Source of the DNA: Dimorphilus gyrociliatus
Lineage: Eukaryota; Animalia; Annelida
Length of the DNA: 64,000 nucleotides
Direction of reading: 5' to 3'
Assembly: GCA_904063045.1 (NCBI GenBank)
Contig: CAJFCJ010000051.1
Location: forward strand, 1-64,000
Shown here: piece by piece, positions 60,021-64,000 of the stretch
Numbering within the stretch: the first letter of the stretch is position 1
Layout: each line of letters starts with the position of its first letter
Position numbers and translations under genes: made by a program
Notes under the pieces: model-generated
What the model was told of the DNA's origin: nothing
The model's input: only the letters and a program-made list of their open reading frames with translations
The model's database searches: none

Positions 60021-63000
60021 CACAACTTGTTATTCTTTCTTAAACAAATAACAAAAAAGAAACAAAACGTAAACTTTTATTTAATTAGCCTGTTACAAGT
60101 GTGACACATCCATTTGAGATACTTTTCTGAATAAATAAATTTCAGATTATCCTACTATTTATAAACAGAGTGACGTTCTAATTAAAAACACACTGGTCAT
60201 TTATTAAAAGGCACTCCTTCAAAAGATGAACTGTAGGGAAATTGATAACCTTAATGGTGAACTTTTTTCCTTACAATCTAACGTTGAAATAAAAAAAGAA
60301 AAATATTTGTATTTTACATTAATATAGAATGCCTGAAAAGGGCTCCAGAAAAATATCTCATTGCATTTATTACAAAGAATCAATTAAAACTGATAAAATT
60401 CATAGCCTAATGGCTGTCAATTTTATCTAGAAACAGAAAACTCTTCTAAACAATTTATAAAGTACTTACAATACTTCTGGAATATTCTTTTAGATGTATA
60501 GTTGATGGTAGAATTATTTGAGCAGCAAATACAATACTTCTGATGAGATCCTATTTAGATTTTTTAATATTGAGTTTTTTTACAAAAAAATTATCTTTTT
60601 TACTAATATTCTATTTACCTTTCTTTTAAGTAGATTGATTCTTCAAATGCACTTTTGATGAAAATATGCTGAAAAAATGGTAAGTTTAAAAAGAATTTTG
60701 TTTAAAGGGAAAGGTAGACAATAAATCAAGTAGAAAATCCTTGAAAAAAATTGATACATACATCAGAGTGTAGTCAAGAGACAATCCTTCCTCTATGGTG
60801 ACGAATGGTAGAATGCCTATAACATAGGTTTATATACTCTTTGGAGAAAAGACCCCCATGTCAGAAAAGACCCTTGATAAACTGTTATCAAAACATATCA
60901 CTTTCCAACACAATTTCACATTACATAACAGGAGATAAAGATTTTCTTATCAAAAACTGACAGGGAACCTGAAAAACCCTGATGGCTATATACAAATGCT
61001 AATACTTTATTTACAAAAGAAAAAGAAAGAAGTTATGTAAAAAAAATTGTTAATTTTGACCTGAATTTAGTAAAATATTTCTGACAGACAACTTTGATAA
61101 TTATCATAAAACTAAAAATTATGTGTATTGCACTTTCTAATTGTTTAATTAGTTTTAATTAGAAACTAAAGAATTTCCACAATTTGTTTTTGACATTTGA
61201 TTGAAAAGCTATATCTCTTGACAGTTAAATCTCAAAATGTTAAAAATATTTAAATTTATATGAAATATAATAATGTATACACAACTTTACCTAAATTTTT
61301 ACTTTCATAGTTGAAATTCTTGTAATAAATAGTACTATATCAAATTCTTAAGATATAACTTTCAAGTCAAATAGGTTTTCTCTAATTCTTTTGCATTTAA
61401 ACTGTCAATATGTGTAAAATTTATTAAAATCTATGATAGCAAAAAGGACTTTGTTACCATTATCTAGTCATAAACATTACATATAAGGCTACCCTAAGCT
61501 AACGTTTTCAACCTTGAGAACAATAATTTTTAATAGAAGTAAATTTTGGAAAAAAACGGAGGTAAGGTAAAGTTCAGAATGGAACAGCTGGGAATTGAAG
61601 TCAATTGGAAACAACAAAACCATAGACCATCTGGCCAACTTATAGCATCTGGATGAGAAATTGGAGGAGCAAAGAAAAAGCCAAGAGAAAAAACATATTG
61701 TAAACATTAAGGCTGCCCAAGAAATCTTTCCCATCTATGTTAAAACCCTAGATTTTATCTATGACACTATTAATTTTAATGATTATTGGAATTTATTCTA
61801 TTTTTCTATTTCATTTTCAGCCTTTGATCTGTACTGGTAGGAATAGCTATAAGACTGCCTTTTCAAGCTGAACTAGAACAACCTGGAGCAGTCATACAGA
61901 GAGATCAACTATATAACAGTTGTTTCTGTGCACTAATAATTTTCTTCCTTGTTATACTCTTTAAAATTGAAGGCTTTGGTAACTGAATATTACCTAAAAT
62001 ATTTGGAGCACCTGATGTATATTGGATCCAGTAATTTTGTACCAAAATTTGTAATAACCAACTTTGATGAAGAGAGGCAGACTAAAAATTTTTTACATTT
62101 TACTTTGTTGTTGTTTTATTTGTTTTGAACAAAATTTAAAGAATTTAAATTGTTTTCTTTACTTAACTTCTTGAATTGCTCTTTTTCTTGTAAGTTAAAT
62201 TTTTCAATGATAATAATGTGCAAATTTTTTTTAATTATAATAATGTTTATTCAAATTTTTGTAACTTATCAATTTCATAATTAAAATTCTTTTAATAAAC
62301 TGAAATATATCTGATTTTTAAGATTTAACTTACAAGAGAAATATGTTAATTTTAATTATTTTACATTTAGCTGAAAAATGAGCACAAACTTTTGTATAAA
62401 CTATTAACTCAATCTGAACTGCACTTGCCAAAAAAATGAGAAGAGTTGTTCTTTGGATAAAACATATTATTATATTCCTATAGTATTGTCAATTGAAAGA
62501 AAGGATAGATTATTGTCACTATAGATGATCTAGGCAAACCTACAACAATAACACCAACCAATTTTATAAGATTGTCTAAGATACCAATTAGTGATAGGAA
62601 ATACAACTAGTAAATCTCTTTCTTTTCCAGATGTTGGTGTAATTGCCAATTGTGACTAAACTTGAGAGTTTAGCACTGTCATTTTATTTTTATGTTAATT
62701 CTGCTGTTCCTGAAGTTGGAATTGTTAAAAATTTGAACTTTACTTCTTTTTGTCATCTTTCAATTCTTTCGTTTTATATTATTTAAAATTATTGTCAAGA
62801 AAATTGAAAAATTATATATGCTAATAATCTAATAATAACTTTTAATAGTTTTGAGTAGAAGTACAGGTTTTAACGAACCCTTTGAAGCTTAAAGCCTAGG
62901 GTAATATATTTGAAGTTAAGTGTAATGTCTGTGTTATTTTTTTTGGGAAGCCATTACATTGGCACCTGACACACATAGCAAGTAGAATAATATACAAAGA

Positions 63001-63107
63001 TTGAAAAAGATATAAAAGGGTTTTAAATATAGATTGTAATGTTGGATTAGTAACACTGCATAATTATAATCAAGAACTGTTAATGCAAAAAAATTAGAAT
63101 GACAAAT

Positions 63108-64000
63108 CTATATTTCACTAAAAAAGTGTCTAAGTAGGTGATTTTGTTGTTGTTTTTCAGGAAGTTCATTAAATCCACCGTTTTTGGTTAGCAACTTATT
63201 TTGTAGTTGCTCAGGAATTGTAATAAAGTTTAATCCAGCTTTTTTCATATTTCTTTCAGTGTATGTTGTAAAATAATGGCTAGGAAAAACCATTTTCTCT
63301 AATTTTATAGGCTGAGTAATAATTTTACTGGAGGATGTTAAGGCCTTGCTTTTGGTGTAAAAGAAAATTCTTTTGAATGATAACTTCCATTTTAAACATA
63401 TCTCAATAATATCCATAAACTTTAATTCTTTAATCTTAATGAATAGTACATTTGGTGCATTTCCAACTGTTTTATCCTTTATCTGGAATATTTCATTTCC
63501 TGAAACCTTATCAAAAGAATTATCAGTTATTAGTATATAATCAAAATCTTCTTTCCTAAATTCTTTCTTAAATGCTTGGTCAATTTTGACATTTGTCCTC
63601 TTTAGGTAAGTAAAGCTGTTTAGCCGTAAAACATTCTCAGTCTTCTTTTCTTTGTTCATTCTTTGCTCTTGTACCTTCTCTTTCTCTTTCAATTCTGATT
63701 TTTGATGATGCGTTATACTTTGTGCGTTTCCTGTGTTTAAGTGTTGATCTTGTTGATGCTCCTGTGGTTCAGTTCTTCTCTCAATAACTGGTGCCTTTTT
63801 TCCTCCATTTAGCTCTTGCTGATTTGCCATTTCTGGTTTTTCTTTGGACTCTTGATGGCATGTTCTTTTTTCCAGTCTAGCTTTCTTTCTCTTTGGTTCT
63901 TCTAATTCATTTGTTAAGTCATATGCAATAACTTTATCCTTCATGGCTGCCTTTTCTCTTTTTTTCGATATTCTTGGAATAATTGTTTGAGTACATTCAT
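63108..64000 (-). CDS. Accessory ORF with charged linker and degenerate SGNH-like module (open at the window edge)
   Basis: The frame stays open upstream of the ATG at 63944 to the window end. DYILITDNSF...VLFIKIKELKFMDIIEICLKWKL..RIFFY. Confidence 0.65.
   Translation of the reverse strand, partial: ECTQTIIPRISKKREKAAMKDKVIAYDLTNELEEPKRKKARLEKRTCHQESKEKPEMANQQELNGGKKAPVIERRTEPQEHQQDQHLNTGNAQSITHHQKSELKEKEKVQEQRMNKEKKTENVLRLNSFTYLKRTNVKIDQAFKKEFRKEDFDYILITDNSFDKVSGNEIFQIKDKTVGNAPNVLFIKIKELKFMDIIEICLKWKLSFKRIFFYTKSKALTSSSKIITQPIKLEKMVFPSHYFTTYTERNMKKAGLNFITIPEQLQNKLLTKNGGFNELPEKQQQNHLLRHFFSEI

Larger units (their letters stand above)
52451..64000 (-). mobile_element. Terminon-like multi-ORF Penelope-like retroelement (3' end at telomeric repeats; 5' end beyond the window)
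   Basis: Telomeric tract, then duplicated hammerhead-bearing 3' repeats, then co-oriented minus-strand ORFs (53673, 54169, 55398 RT, 63108). That these parts form one continuous element is inferred. Confidence 0.75.

Overview
AT-rich metazoan (invertebrate) genomic DNA with short introns and TTAGGG telomeric repeats; a compact-genome lophotrochozoan such as an annelid is my guess and cannot be proven from the sequence. The window has two very different halves. (1) Positions 1 to ~30.5 kb are CpG-rich euchromatin with six spliced host genes: PARP4 (-, runs off the left edge), an ankyrin-SOCS box gene (+), an SDR/FabG-like reductase (-), GOPC (+), a HUNK-like kinase (+) and a GRL101/RXFP-type LDLa-LRR GPCR with extra SRCR-like and C-type-lectin-like modules (-). 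(2) Positions ~30.6 kb to 64 kb are a strongly CpG-depleted, subtelomere-like domain. It is built from stacked, 5'-truncated minus-strand retroelement 3' ends, most starting at a TTAGGG tract (or at least GGGTT) and carrying a minimal hammerhead ribozyme ~200 nt inside (six hammerheads found by eye). It also holds a 1540-aa Penelope-like RT ORF with an N-terminal SGNH/GDSL-like domain and an apparently dead GIY-YIG endonuclease, four more ORFs carrying the same SGNH-like module, a ~175/~360-bp repeat array, and two intact intron-containing PHD-FLYWCH-MULE DNA transposons with 9-bp TSDs. The best candidate for an undescribed system is this Terminon-like, telomere-attaching, ribozyme-bearing, multi-ORF Penelope-like retroelement complex in what appears to be a non-rotifer animal. 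All calls were made by eye; no searches were run.
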